Shown here in pieces: positions 23,216 through 31,854 of a DNA stretch of 64,000 bases; the stretch's first letter is position 1; every line of letters begins with the position of its first letter. The notes under the pieces were generated by a model that was given only the letters and a program-made list of their open reading frames with translations, was not told where the DNA came from and did not search any database. This stretch comes from Polyangiaceae bacterium (GTDB lineage: Bacteria; Myxococcota_A; Polyangia; Polyangiales; Polyangiaceae): NCBI GenBank assembly GCA_035063585.1, contig JAPSGB010000003.1, forward strand, positions 352,001 through 416,000. The letters run 5' to 3'. The translations under genes were made by a program, and so were the position numbers.

Positions 23216-23835
23216 GCGCCCCCTTGACCATCGCGATCCCGAAGGGGCGCGTGCTCCGCGCGCTGGCGCCGCTCTTCGAGCGAGCCGGCGTCGATTCCCG
23301 GCCGCTCGCCGCCGACGACCGCAAGCTCATCCGAGAGAGCGAGGGGGGCGCGCTCAGGTTCCTGCTCTTGAAGCCCGATGACGTGCCGACCTACGTCGAG
23401 TACGGCGCGGCCGATCTGGGCGTGAGCGGTCGCGATACCCTGCTCGAGCGTCGCTACGAGCTCTACCAGCCGCTCGATCTCGGCATCGGCAGGTGCCGCA
23501 TGGTGGTCGCCGGGCCGCGCGGCGCGGAGGTCCCACCGGTGCCGCGCGTCGCCACCAAGTATCCGCGCATCGCGCTCGAGCATTTCGCCTCGCGGGGCGT
23601 GCAGGCCGAGGTGATCCTGGTCCAGGGCTCGGTCGAGCTCGCGCCTCTGGTCGGGCTCGCGCACCTCATCGTCGATCTGGTCGAGACGGGCACGACGCTG
23701 CATGAGAACGGGCTCGAGGAGCGCGAGGTGATCTGCGAGGTCTCGAGCGTGCTCATCGCGAACCCTAGCCAGTACAAGCTCCGGCACGCCGAGATCCAGC
23801 CTTTGGTCGCGCGACTGCGCGGCGCCCTCGCGTGA
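23212..23835 (+). CDS. hisG: ATP phosphoribosyltransferase, short form
   Basis: GTG overlaps the murA stop; [36 protein letters not shown] and DLVETGTTL. There is no C-terminal regulatory domain. Confidence 0.95.
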
Positions 23836-23912
23836 TTCCGCGCCGCCTCGACCATCAGCCGGTGGTGAGGCAGACTCGCATGCGTGAGGCCATCGAACCC
23901 CCGGAGCGGCTG

Positions 23913-24845
23913 ATGCGGCTTACGCTCGGCGCGCGAGCAGCGGCTTCCCGCGTCTCGCGCGCGGCGGCGCTCGCGCTGGCGCTCGCGGGCTGCTCGGGCG
24001 GCGCGGCCGACGGCAGACCGAGCTTCGACGGCGATGCCGCGAGCGAGGACGGCGGCGCGAGCGGCGACGCGGCGAGCGAGGATGGCGGCCCGACCGAGGA
24101 CGCCGCGAGCGACGCCGCCGACGCGGCGAGCGACGGGGAGGCCGGGTGGACCTGCGATCCCGACGCCGCTCCCTTGCCGAACGAGGGGCTCGTCGAGGCG
24201 CCCGGCGGCGGCGGCTGTCCTCCCGGGATGGCCCGCGTGACGGACTTCTGCATCGATCGCTACGAGGCCTCGCTCGTGCTGATGTCGCCTGCGGGCGGAG
24301 TGACGACCTGGTCCCCGTTCGTGAACCCGGGGGCGGAGCAGGTGCGCGCGGTCTCCATCGCCGGGGCGGTGCCGCAGGCGTACATCGACCAGCCTCGGGC
24401 CGCCGACGCCTGCGCGCGCGCGGGCAAGCGCCTCTGCACCGACGACGAGTGGCTCATGGCCTGCGAGACCGCCGCGGGATACACCTATCCTTACGGCGAG
24501 GTCCGCGAGCCTGGCGTGTGTAACGACGCGCGCGCGGTGCACCCCGCCGAGGAGTACTTCGGCACGACGGACCCGTGGATCTACTCGGAGCTCGATGACG
24601 CCTGCCTGGATCAGCTCCCTGACAGCCTGGACCGGTCGGGCGCGAACCCCGGCTGCGTGACGCCCGAGGGCGTCTACGATCTGATGGGAAACCTGCACGA
24701 GTGGACCGCCGATCCTGCCGGCACCTTCCGCGGAGGGTTCTTCGTGGACACCGTGCGGAACGGAGACGGCTGCCGATATGTGACGACGGCGCACCAAGCG
24801 AACTACTGGGACTACTCGACTGGATTTCGCTGCTGCGCGTCGTGA
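23913..24845 (+). CDS. FGE/SUMF1-like (C-type-lectin fold) domain lipoprotein
   Basis: LAGC lipobox, CPPGM, FCIDRYEAS, GKRLCTDDEW, GVYDLMGNLHEW and GFRCC. The start is uncertain (23832-23913). Confidence 0.85.
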   Translation: MRLTLGARAAASRVSRAAALALALAGCSGGAADGRPSFDGDAASEDGGASGDAASEDGGPTEDAASDAADAASDGEAGWTCDPDAAPLPNEGLVEAPGGGGCPPGMARVTDFCIDRYEASLVLMSPAGGVTTWSPFVNPGAEQVRAVSIAGAVPQAYIDQPRAADACARAGKRLCTDDEWLMACETAAGYTYPYGEVREPGVCNDARAVHPAEEYFGTTDPWIYSELDDACLDQLPDSLDRSGANPGCVTPEGVYDLMGNLHEWTADPAGTFRGGFFVDTVRNGDGCRYVTTAHQANYWDYSTGFRCCAS

Positions 24846-24901
24846 GGCGCGGCGCGCGGCCGGCTTGCTCGTCACGGAGGTCGGGCCTATCCTCGTCGCG
24901 C

Positions 24902-26023
24902 ATGGGGTCACGCCTCGCGGCCGCGCTCACGCTCGTGGTCGCCGCCGGCTGCGACCGCGGCGACGTCGCGCCGCCCGGGAGCGCGTCGGCGCCACCAGCG
25001 GCTTCGCTTGCGCCCGTGGCGCGTGCGAGCGCGGCCCCCGCTGCCGGGGGCGCGTCGTCCGCGCCCGCTCCGGTGGCTCCCGCGACCACTTGCAAGGGCG
25101 TCACCCTGGGCAAGTTGGCCTCGCTCACCGCGCGCGGCGGGAGCTTCGCTGGGCTCGCCGCGCGGGCAGGTTCCGTCTATCTGCTCACCGCGCAGCAGGC
25201 CGCCGCGACTGCCACCTTGACCCGCGTCGGTCGCGATGGCCGGAGCGCGACCGTGCTCGGTCGCTCGACGGGGCCGGGCGCGGTCCAGGGCCTCGCGCTA
25301 GACGACCAGGCGGCGTACTTCGTCCACGGCAAGCGGCTCGTGAAGGTCCCGCTCTCGGGCGGCGAGCCCGTCACGCTCCGGACCGGCGTGAAGTGGCCGC
25401 TCGCGTCGAGCGGCGGCGAGGTCCACTACGTCGCGTGCGATCTCGCGCTGAAGGAGGACGCGCTCATGAGCCTCGCGCCCGCGGGCGGCGAGCCGCGGGT
25501 GCGAGCGCGCTGGCCGCGCACCGGGACCAGCAAGGACTGCCACTACGGCGGACTGGCGGTCGCGCCGGTCGAGGCCTTCGTGTCCGACTGGACCTCACGC
25601 ACCGTTCGCGCCATCTCGCTCACCGACGGGAGCGTGCGCGAGCTCGCGACCCAGGTGGCGTTCCCCGGGAGAATCGACGTGGAGCCCGCAGGCGTCGTGT
25701 TCCAGGCGAGCGCGGGGCTCTTTCGCGTGGCGAAGACCGGCGGGGGGGCCGTGAAGCTGAGCGATTACGGCGCCACGCCATTCAACTATCTCGCCTGGGA
25801 CGAGCGCCGCTTCTACATCTTCGACGCGGAAGCTTACGGCGAGCGGCACGTGCTCCATGAGCTGCCGCGAGACGGAGGGGTCTCGAAGGAGATCGAGTGG
25901 TTTCAGGTGCGAGACGTCACGGTGGGCAGCGGCGTCGCGGACCTCGCGGTCGACGACAGCTGCATCTACCTCGCCCGAGACACAGGCGCTTTCGTCGAGC
26001 TTTTCGCGAAGCCGAAGCCGTGA
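24902..26023 (+). CDS. Hypothetical beta-propeller lipoprotein
   Basis: AAGC lipobox; repeated LALDDQAAYF/LAVDDSCIY/RVAKTGG blades. Confidence 0.65.
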   Translation: MGSRLAAALTLVVAAGCDRGDVAPPGSASAPPAASLAPVARASAAPAAGGASSAPAPVAPATTCKGVTLGKLASLTARGGSFAGLAARAGSVYLLTAQQAAATATLTRVGRDGRSATVLGRSTGPGAVQGLALDDQAAYFVHGKRLVKVPLSGGEPVTLRTGVKWPLASSGGEVHYVACDLALKEDALMSLAPAGGEPRVRARWPRTGTSKDCHYGGLAVAPVEAFVSDWTSRTVRAISLTDGSVRELATQVAFPGRIDVEPAGVVFQASAGLFRVAKTGGGAVKLSDYGATPFNYLAWDERRFYIFDAEAYGERHVLHELPRDGGVSKEIEWFQVRDVTVGSGVADLAVDDSCIYLARDTGAFVELFAKPKP

Positions 26024-26032
26024 GAGAGGGTC

Positions 26033-27325
26033 ATGAAGAGCGTACTTTGGAGCATGTCTGGCATGGTCGCCTTCGTCACCGTGCCGGCGCTCGCAGAGCC
26101 GGCGCCGAGCGCGGAGTTCCCGCCCGTGGCGTCTCCCAGCGCGACTCCGTCCGCCGCCGGCGCGCCCGCGCCGCCGCCTTCGAGCGCTCCGCCGGCCCCG
26201 CCCGCGCCACCGCCGCCGCTCGCGCCGGCCGGCGCGGGACCCGACGCCGCCTCGTGGGAGGCCGAGCTCGTGCGCGCGCGCGAGGACATCGTGCGCGGCG
26301 ACTACGCCGGAGCGTCGCGGCGGCTCACGCTCCTGTTCGCGTGGGCGCCGACCCCGGTCGACGAGGCCCGCGCGCGGGAGCTCGCGTACGTCTCGAGCGC
26401 GCTCTTCGCGCGTAGCGGGTCGCCGAAGCTCACGCTCTCGGAGGATCGGACCCGCCGGACCTCCGACGAGATCTCGAGCCTCTACGCCGCGAGCGTCGCC
26501 TATGGGCTTGGCAGCGGCGCATGGCTCGCGTTCCAGACGGAGCCGGGCAGCGCCGCGGGCGCCATCCTGCCCGCGTTCGCGTTCGCCGGCGTGTCCGCCG
26601 GCGCGGTCGCGCTGATCGACTCCGGGACTCCGTTCCGGTACGGCGTTCCGCAGGGAATCATATCCGGCGCCAGCCTCGGTCTCATGGAAGGGCTGACCTG
26701 GACCTTATGGAATCAGGCGCGGACCCACCATCGAGACGAGTGGTCCGAAAAGACGATGGCCACGGTCATCTGGGGTGTGACCACCGTCGGCGCGGGGCTC
26801 GGCGGGCTCGCGGCGTCGAGCGCGCCGACCACGCCGGGCCGCTCCAGTTTCGTCGGCTCCGGTGGGCTCTGGACGGGTCTGGTGAGCGGTCTCGCTGGAG
26901 CTGCGCTTGCGAGCGACGGGCCACAGAGGGACGACACCGCGCTCCTCTCCGCGGCGCTCGGGCTGAACGTGGGTGCCGGTGCCGCGATGCTCGCAGCGTC
27001 GAGGGTGAACCCCAGCGTCTCACGGGTTCGTTACCTCGATCTCGGCGGCGCCGTCGGGATGATCTCGGCGAGCGGGCTGTACCTGTCGGCCGACGACGAC
27101 GTCCGAGACGAGCGCGCCTTCCTCGGTGTCACGGCGGCCGGTTCGGTCGCTGGCCTCGCCGTGGCGTGGCTGCTGACGAGCGGAATGGCCCCGTCGCTTC
27201 CGCCCGATGATCGCGCGTCGCCCGAGCAGCACGCGAGCGACCGGCCGCTCGTCGCGAGTCTCGCGCTCGCGCCGGAACCGTTCGCGGGCGGCGCCGGCTT
27301 GGGCGTCCGCGGTGCGCTGTGGTGA
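26033..27325 (+). CDS. Hypothetical secreted protein with Gly/Ala-rich multi-helical domain (paralog-like to 10720-12120)
   Basis: Signal peptide, Pro-rich linker, hydrophobic Gly-rich helices; ends in GVRGALW. Confidence 0.7.
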   Translation: MKSVLWSMSGMVAFVTVPALAEPAPSAEFPPVASPSATPSAAGAPAPPPSSAPPAPPAPPPPLAPAGAGPDAASWEAELVRAREDIVRGDYAGASRRLTLLFAWAPTPVDEARARELAYVSSALFARSGSPKLTLSEDRTRRTSDEISSLYAASVAYGLGSGAWLAFQTEPGSAAGAILPAFAFAGVSAGAVALIDSGTPFRYGVPQGIISGASLGLMEGLTWTLWNQARTHHRDEWSEKTMATVIWGVTTVGAGLGGLAASSAPTTPGRSSFVGSGGLWTGLVSGLAGAALASDGPQRDDTALLSAALGLNVGAGAAMLAASRVNPSVSRVRYLDLGGAVGMISASGLYLSADDDVRDERAFLGVTAAGSVAGLAVAWLLTSGMAPSLPPDDRASPEQHASDRPLVASLALAPEPFAGGAGLGVRGALW

Positions 27326-27420
27326 GCCGGACGCTCCCGCCTTCGTGGGGAGCGAGCCAGGCTGCCTAGGCTGAGCGGGTGGGTCGTTCCGGCGCAAATC
27401 GCGCCGGCGAGCTCGCGGAG

Positions 27421-27807
27421 CTACACCCGTTCGGCGAGCTTGCCCGCGCGGCTCCTCGCCTCGAAGATGACGGGCTCCGCCTCCGCCGCCGTGAAGCCGA
27501 GCCGCTCGATGAGCTTGCCGAGCACCTTCTCCTCGCCCTTCGTCTGCTTGCCGTCGGCGTGCGTGAGGAGCGCGGCGTGCGCCAATAGGAGCGCGCGATC
27601 CTCGCGTTCGAGGTCGTCGAGCGCGAGATCCGCGTCGAGCGTACGCTTCTTCTTCGCGTACTCGAGCAACTCCTGCTCGTCCTCCGCGCTCGCGTCGAAC
27701 GCCCAGAGCAGCCCCTCGATGAGGCCCGCCTCCGGTGCTTTCACGGTACCGTCGGCCCAGGCCACGGCGATGAGCCCCCTCAGGATCGTCTTCTCTCTCG
27801 GTGTCAC
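27421..27807 (-). CDS. TerB-like (tellurite-resistance fold) protein
   Basis: Duplicated AxADG...E motifs (AVAWADGTVKAPE; LTHADGKQTKGE). Confidence 0.75.
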   Translation of the reverse strand: MTPREKTILRGLIAVAWADGTVKAPEAGLIEGLLWAFDASAEDEQELLEYAKKKRTLDADLALDDLEREDRALLLAHAALLTHADGKQTKGEEKVLGKLIERLGFTAAEAEPVIFEARSRAGKLAERV

Positions 27808-27863
27808 GCCGCCACTATCTCCCGAGTCGCGTGAGCGGCGCAACCGGCCCCGGAGCGCCTCGG

Positions 27864-28322
27864 TCAGAACGGCTTATAGACCATCAGATAGATGATGATG
27901 ATGATGCCCGTCGTCTCGACCATCGCGAGCACGAGGCCGCGCGGCTTGTCCAGGAGCTCGCCGAGCTTCGCGAGGTCGGGCGGGTCCGCCTCGGCCGCCA
28001 GGCGAACCGCGCGATAGTAGGGGACCGCGAGCGGGATCGCCGCGCCAAACAGCGCGAGCAGGAGCGCGAGCGACACCCAGGGCCAGTACGTGTGCTCCCA
28101 GCCGCGCGCGTAGGTGAGGGCGAGCCCGGCGCCGAGCAGGAGCAGGAACGAGAGGTACATCGCGGTCCGCGTGGTGCGCGACAGCTCGAGGTAGGCGCGG
28201 ACGCGCACCGGGTTCCGCTCGCGCATCAGTCGGAAGGTGACCGCGGCGGTGGCGCCGTGGACACCCACGAAGAGGAACGCGCCGAGCAGGTGAAGGAGCC
28301 TCAAGAAGACGACCCAATCCAT
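27864..28322 (-). CDS. DUF2269-like four-TM membrane protein
   Basis: LRLLHLLGA N-terminus, WPWVSL and C-terminal LMVYKPF. Confidence 0.75.
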   Translation of the reverse strand: MDWVVFLRLLHLLGAFLFVGVHGATAAVTFRLMRERNPVRVRAYLELSRTTRTAMYLSFLLLLGAGLALTYARGWEHTYWPWVSLALLLALFGAAIPLAVPYYRAVRLAAEADPPDLAKLGELLDKPRGLVLAMVETTGIIIIIYLMVYKPF

Positions 28323-28548
28323 GTCTGCGCGAGCTTAGCGCAGGCCCCGGCGCGCGGCGCAAGACGCCGCCGTCAATCGCCGCGCACTTGACTCGCGATC
28401 AGGCGCATCACGCCTCACGCGGTCGACACGCGCGAGAGCATCGACGAGTCGTCCGTGCCGCCGGTCGCGACGCGCGCGGATCGCGATCCCCGAGCGTCGC
28501 GCCTCGCTCGGCGTCGCCCCGCGCGCCACCTTCTGATAAGATCCCCGC

Positions 28549-29676
28549 GTGCTCACGGGCTCACGGCGCGCCGCGCTCGTCTCCGCGCTGGTTTGGCTCG
28601 CTGCCGCGTGCGGTTCGAGCGAGACGGGCTCGTCCGCCCGCGCGCCGTCGAGCGGTGGCGCGTCGGGCGCCGCGGGCGCCGCTCAGGCGCCGTCGAGCGG
28701 CGGCGCGTCGGGCGCGGCGGGCACCGCTCAGGCGCCATCGAGCGGCGGCGCGTCGGGCGCCGCGGGCGCCGCTCAGGCGCCGTCGAGCGGCGGCGCGTCG
28801 GGCGCGGCGGGCACCGCTCAGGCGCCATCGAGCGGCGGCACGTCGGGCGCCGCGGGAACCGCTCAGGCGCCGTCGAGCGGCGGCGCGTCGGGCGCGGCGG
28901 GCACCGCTCAGGCGCCCGACCCGCTCGCGGTGGACCGGGAGCGCTTGCTCGAGAGCTACCTCGCGTTCTTGAAGACGGAGCCCGCGAAGCGACAGACGAA
29001 CGGCCTCAGCGGCGGGGAGCTCGCGAGCGCGTGTGAGCTCTGGCAAGCTCTCGATCCCTCGGCGCGCGCGACGTTCCTCACCCTCACCGCGCGGATGCAA
29101 GGCTCGCGGCTCGGCGCGGACGGCTCGTCGATGCTCTCGCACGTGACGCGGCTCTACCGCGTGGTCGGCGGCGATGGCGCGACCGCGAAGAGCCCCGGGA
29201 GCTGCGGCGGAGGCGAGAACAACCGCATGCTCATGAGCATGGACGCCGCGCTCCACGACGCCCTCCTCGCGGCCGCCGCGCATCGGGGCGCCGTCCAGCC
29301 GAGCGGCGCGCGCGATCTCTCGGACGTGGTCGCCGCGAGCTTCTGGCGCGAGTCCCGCGATCTCGGAGGCGCGCACGCTCCCTTCGACGCCACCAACGAG
29401 ACGGAGGGCGGCGCGCCGCGCGGGCAGACGCAGTACTTCTCCGCTCTCACCTCGAGCGCCGCCGGCGCGCCGCTCGGGCGCACCGATCTCGAGTCGCTGA
29501 TCGATCCGCTCGCGCTCGAGCTCGATCACGACTACGACTGCTTTCACTCCTCGAACCCGCTCTGCTCGTACACGCTCTATGGTCCGGCCTGCCTGCCCAA
29601 GGCCACCCAGCTCGGGACCGCGATCTACGAAGCGAGCTACGGGAGCTTCGACGCCGGGTTCTCGCCCTGCCCGTGA
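28549..29676 (+). CDS. Hypothetical lipoprotein with 15-aa tandem repeat linker
   Basis: LAAAC lipobox, six APSSGGASGAAG(A/T)AQ repeats, then a Cys-containing globular domain. Confidence 0.75.
   Translation: MLTGSRRAALVSALVWLAAACGSSETGSSARAPSSGGASGAAGAAQAPSSGGASGAAGTAQAPSSGGASGAAGAAQAPSSGGASGAAGTAQAPSSGGTSGAAGTAQAPSSGGASGAAGTAQAPDPLAVDRERLLESYLAFLKTEPAKRQTNGLSGGELASACELWQALDPSARATFLTLTARMQGSRLGADGSSMLSHVTRLYRVVGGDGATAKSPGSCGGGENNRMLMSMDAALHDALLAAAAHRGAVQPSGARDLSDVVAASFWRESRDLGGAHAPFDATNETEGGAPRGQTQYFSALTSSAAGAPLGRTDLESLIDPLALELDHDYDCFHSSNPLCSYTLYGPACLPKATQLGTAIYEASYGSFDAGFSPCP
28642..28911 (+). repeat. 45-bp tandem repeat x6 (coding)
   Basis: Unit gcgccRtcgagcggYggcRcgtcgggcgcSgcgggMRccgctcag; units 2, 4 and 6 are identical. 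Confidence 0.95.
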
Positions 29677-30575
29677 GCGCCCGCAGGGTCGGCGCAGCAC
29701 CGGAGGCTCACGAAGTAGTAAGTAAAGTCCGGCGAGTGGCTGGTCGTCACCGGGCGGCAGGCGTTGCGCACGTGCCCCCACGCGCCGCCCTTCAGCGCCG
29801 CGAACACCGCGCGCTCGCGCGGGCGATCGTGATCGGCGAGCGTCCATTCGTCGAAGTTGCCGGTCAGATCATGGACCCCGTAGTCGCTCACGCACCGAGG
29901 CTTCGCGCCGCTCGGCACGCTCTGGTCCAGCCGCGCGAGCTCGGGCTCTCGCACGCTCCGGTCGCTCGAGTAGATCTTCTTCAAGCTCGGCTCGATCCAG
30001 CGGTTGTCGATGTTGCAAATGTCGGCCGAGCGCTCGTATCCCGCGGGGAACGGCTTCTCGTCCGGGCCCTCGCACGCGGCCGTCCATTCGCTCTCGTAGC
30101 AGAGCCGCTTGCCCTCGGCCGCGCAAAGGCCCGAGGCGTCGTAGAAGCTCACCATCACCGGCGGGTGCCCGCCCTTCTGGTTCGGGTACTCGTACTCGTC
30201 GATGCAGAAGTCGAGCGCGACGCGCGAGCCCACGCAGCGCGGCGCTTCCTCTTTGAACTCGTGGCACAAGGTGAGGTGGTTCGGCTTGTCGTAGGAGCTC
30301 TTCAGGCAGGTGCGCTCGACCTCGGTGCAGAAGTCCTTCCGCACGTGGACCATGCCGGGGGGGCAGCTCGGCGCGGCCGGCGTCCGGTCCGGCTCGATGG
30401 GCGCGCCGGAGTCCGCCGCAGGCTCGCTCGCGTCGGGCGCCCGCGTGCGGCTCTCCGCGCGCGACCTCGGCCGATGCGCGCCGGGCGGCGCGTCGGCGCG
30501 GGGCGGCGCTTCCACGCGCGCTCCGCCGCAAGCGCCGAGGAGCGCCGCCGTCGCGATGAACCACCGCTGCCGCAT
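29637..30575 (-). CDS. FGE/SUMF1-like domain lipoprotein
   Basis: LGAC lipobox, CPPGM, FCIDEYEYPN, GKRLCYESEW, GVHDLTGNFDEW and LRCC. Confidence 0.85.
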   Translation of the reverse strand: MRQRWFIATAALLGACGGARVEAPPRADAPPGAHRPRSRAESRTRAPDASEPAADSGAPIEPDRTPAAPSCPPGMVHVRKDFCTEVERTCLKSSYDKPNHLTLCHEFKEEAPRCVGSRVALDFCIDEYEYPNQKGGHPPVMVSFYDASGLCAAEGKRLCYESEWTAACEGPDEKPFPAGYERSADICNIDNRWIEPSLKKIYSSDRSVREPELARLDQSVPSGAKPRCVSDYGVHDLTGNFDEWTLADHDRPRERAVFAALKGGAWGHVRNACRPVTTSHSPDFTYYFVSLRCCADPAGAHGQGENPASKLP

Positions 30576-30726
30576 CGCCGGTCGTATAGCAAGGACGATC
30601 GCGCCTCGCTCGACAATCGACGGCGCGCGGCGGCGGGCCCCACCGAGCCCGCGCAGAGAGACGCGCCGGCGACGCCTCGAGCGTGCCCTGCGCGAGGCGC
30701 CGCCGGCGCGATGCGGAGTCGGGCGG

Positions 30727-31392
30727 TCACGACCCGACGTCCTCGCCCTCCTTCGGCGGATCGAGCACGAGGTGGGGCAGCATTCGCTTGAGGCCGCGGG
30801 GTCCGATCCCGCGGACGCGGAGCAAGTCGCTCGCCCGGCGAAAGCGCTTCAGCTTGGCGCGCAGCTCGACGATGCGCTCCGCGCGCTTGCGCCCGACGCC
30901 GGGGAGCTGGGTGAGCTCGTCGACGCTCGCCACGTTGAGGATGACCTTGCCGTCCTTCGTGATGCCGGAGCGGGCCGGCGCCTCCGGAGCGCCCGCCGCG
31001 CCGGCGTCACCCCGCTGCTCGGCGGGCTCGGCGCGCGGCGCCGCCGCGCGCGCCCGCGGCGGCGCGGGGCGCGTCTCGTGCTCCGCCGGCGTGTCCGCGT
31101 GGAGCGCGAGCCAGGCCGAGCCGATGTTCGCGGCGAGCGCGGGCGTCGCGGGGACGCTCACGCCATCGAGCCCGGTGAGGATCGAGACCGCCCCGATCCC
31201 GGCGAGCCCGAGCATGCCAGCGGTGAGCGCGAGCGCGCGGATGACGACCGGCGCCCACACGCTGGCGCGCGCTCGGGCGACGCTGCGCCCGAGCCGGGCG
31301 CCGAGCGAGAGCCCGGCGGGGGAGCTCGCTCTGCGAGCTCCCCCGCCGTCCACGGCCGCCTGGTCCACCGAGGCCATGGACTCCCGGTTCAC
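30727..31392 (-). CDS. ComEA-family helix-hairpin-helix DNA-binding protein
   Basis: TM segment, Pro/Ala linker, KVILNVASVDELTQLPGVGRKRAERIV...DLLRVRGIG. Confidence 0.88.
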   Translation of the reverse strand: MNRESMASVDQAAVDGGGARRASSPAGLSLGARLGRSVARARASVWAPVVIRALALTAGMLGLAGIGAVSILTGLDGVSVPATPALAANIGSAWLALHADTPAEHETRPAPPRARAAAPRAEPAEQRGDAGAAGAPEAPARSGITKDGKVILNVASVDELTQLPGVGRKRAERIVELRAKLKRFRRASDLLRVRGIGPRGLKRMLPHLVLDPPKEGEDVGS

Positions 31393-31640
31393 GCGAGCTC
31401 CGCGAGGGCTTCGGCGTGGCCGTTGCTCGACCCGTTCGTGGCGCGCGAGCCCGGCAGCGGGGTCGCCTCGTCGCGCGGCGACCAGTCGCGGATCTGCATC
31501 TCACCGGTCACGGGCACCGCCTCCAGCTTGACGTTGAGCGAGCCGTCGCTGTTGACGAAGGCGACGCCGACGCGGTTCCAGTAGCTGCGGCCGTTGCGCT
31601 CGGTGATGACGTAGACGATCTTGAGTTTGCTCTGGTCCAT
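31389..31640 (-). CDS. Small (83 aa) beta-rich protein, putative ssDNA-binding protein
   Basis: Strong SD AGGAGG before ATG 31640; KIVYVITERNGRSYWNRVGVAFVNSDGSLNVKLEAVPVTGEMQIRD. The ORF is secure; the function is inferred. Confidence 0.7.
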   Translation of the reverse strand: MDQSKLKIVYVITERNGRSYWNRVGVAFVNSDGSLNVKLEAVPVTGEMQIRDWSPRDEATPLPGSRATNGSSNGHAEALAELA

Positions 31641-31717
31641 GATGTGTTCCTCCTGTGCTGCGCCGTCCGGGCGGCGCCGCGGGATTGCGGCGCTCGGCGG
31701 GTGGCGGAGGAGGTGAG

Positions 31718-31733
31718 TGCGAGCCGCGTGCCA
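31718..31733 (-). promoter_or_regulatory. Putative sigma54 (-24/-12) promoter
   Basis: TGGCACGCGGCTCGCA on the minus strand, with exact GG-N10-GC spacing, about 77 nt upstream of ATG 31640. Confidence 0.6.
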
Positions 31734-31854
31734 GCCTCGACGTCGCGGAAAATCCGCAGGAAACGCCCTGCGCGCGGGTGGCGAAACGAGTTTCGCCGGC
31801 GGCGGCCGCCACCCGCTTTGCCGACCGGGAGCCTCGGCACTAGGCTCCTCGGCG

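Noticed and set aside
27421..27807. TerB as part of a ter stress/defence operon
   Set aside because: It is a single gene with no other ter genes nearby.
28323..28548. Intergenic gap as a possible ncRNA or riboswitch
   Set aside because: No recognisable conserved RNA motif. The gap is adequately explained as a divergent promoter region with a -10-like hexamer at each end.
28642..28911. Regular repeats as a possible CRISPR array
   Set aside because: The units are head-to-tail with no unique spacers, in frame within a CDS, and no cas genes are present. The same applies to 44675-44890.
23913..30575. FGE/CLec-fold genes as diversity-generating retroelement targets (slightly AT-richer 3' ends)
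   Set aside because: No reverse transcriptase and no near-identical template repeat differing at adenines is visible in the window.
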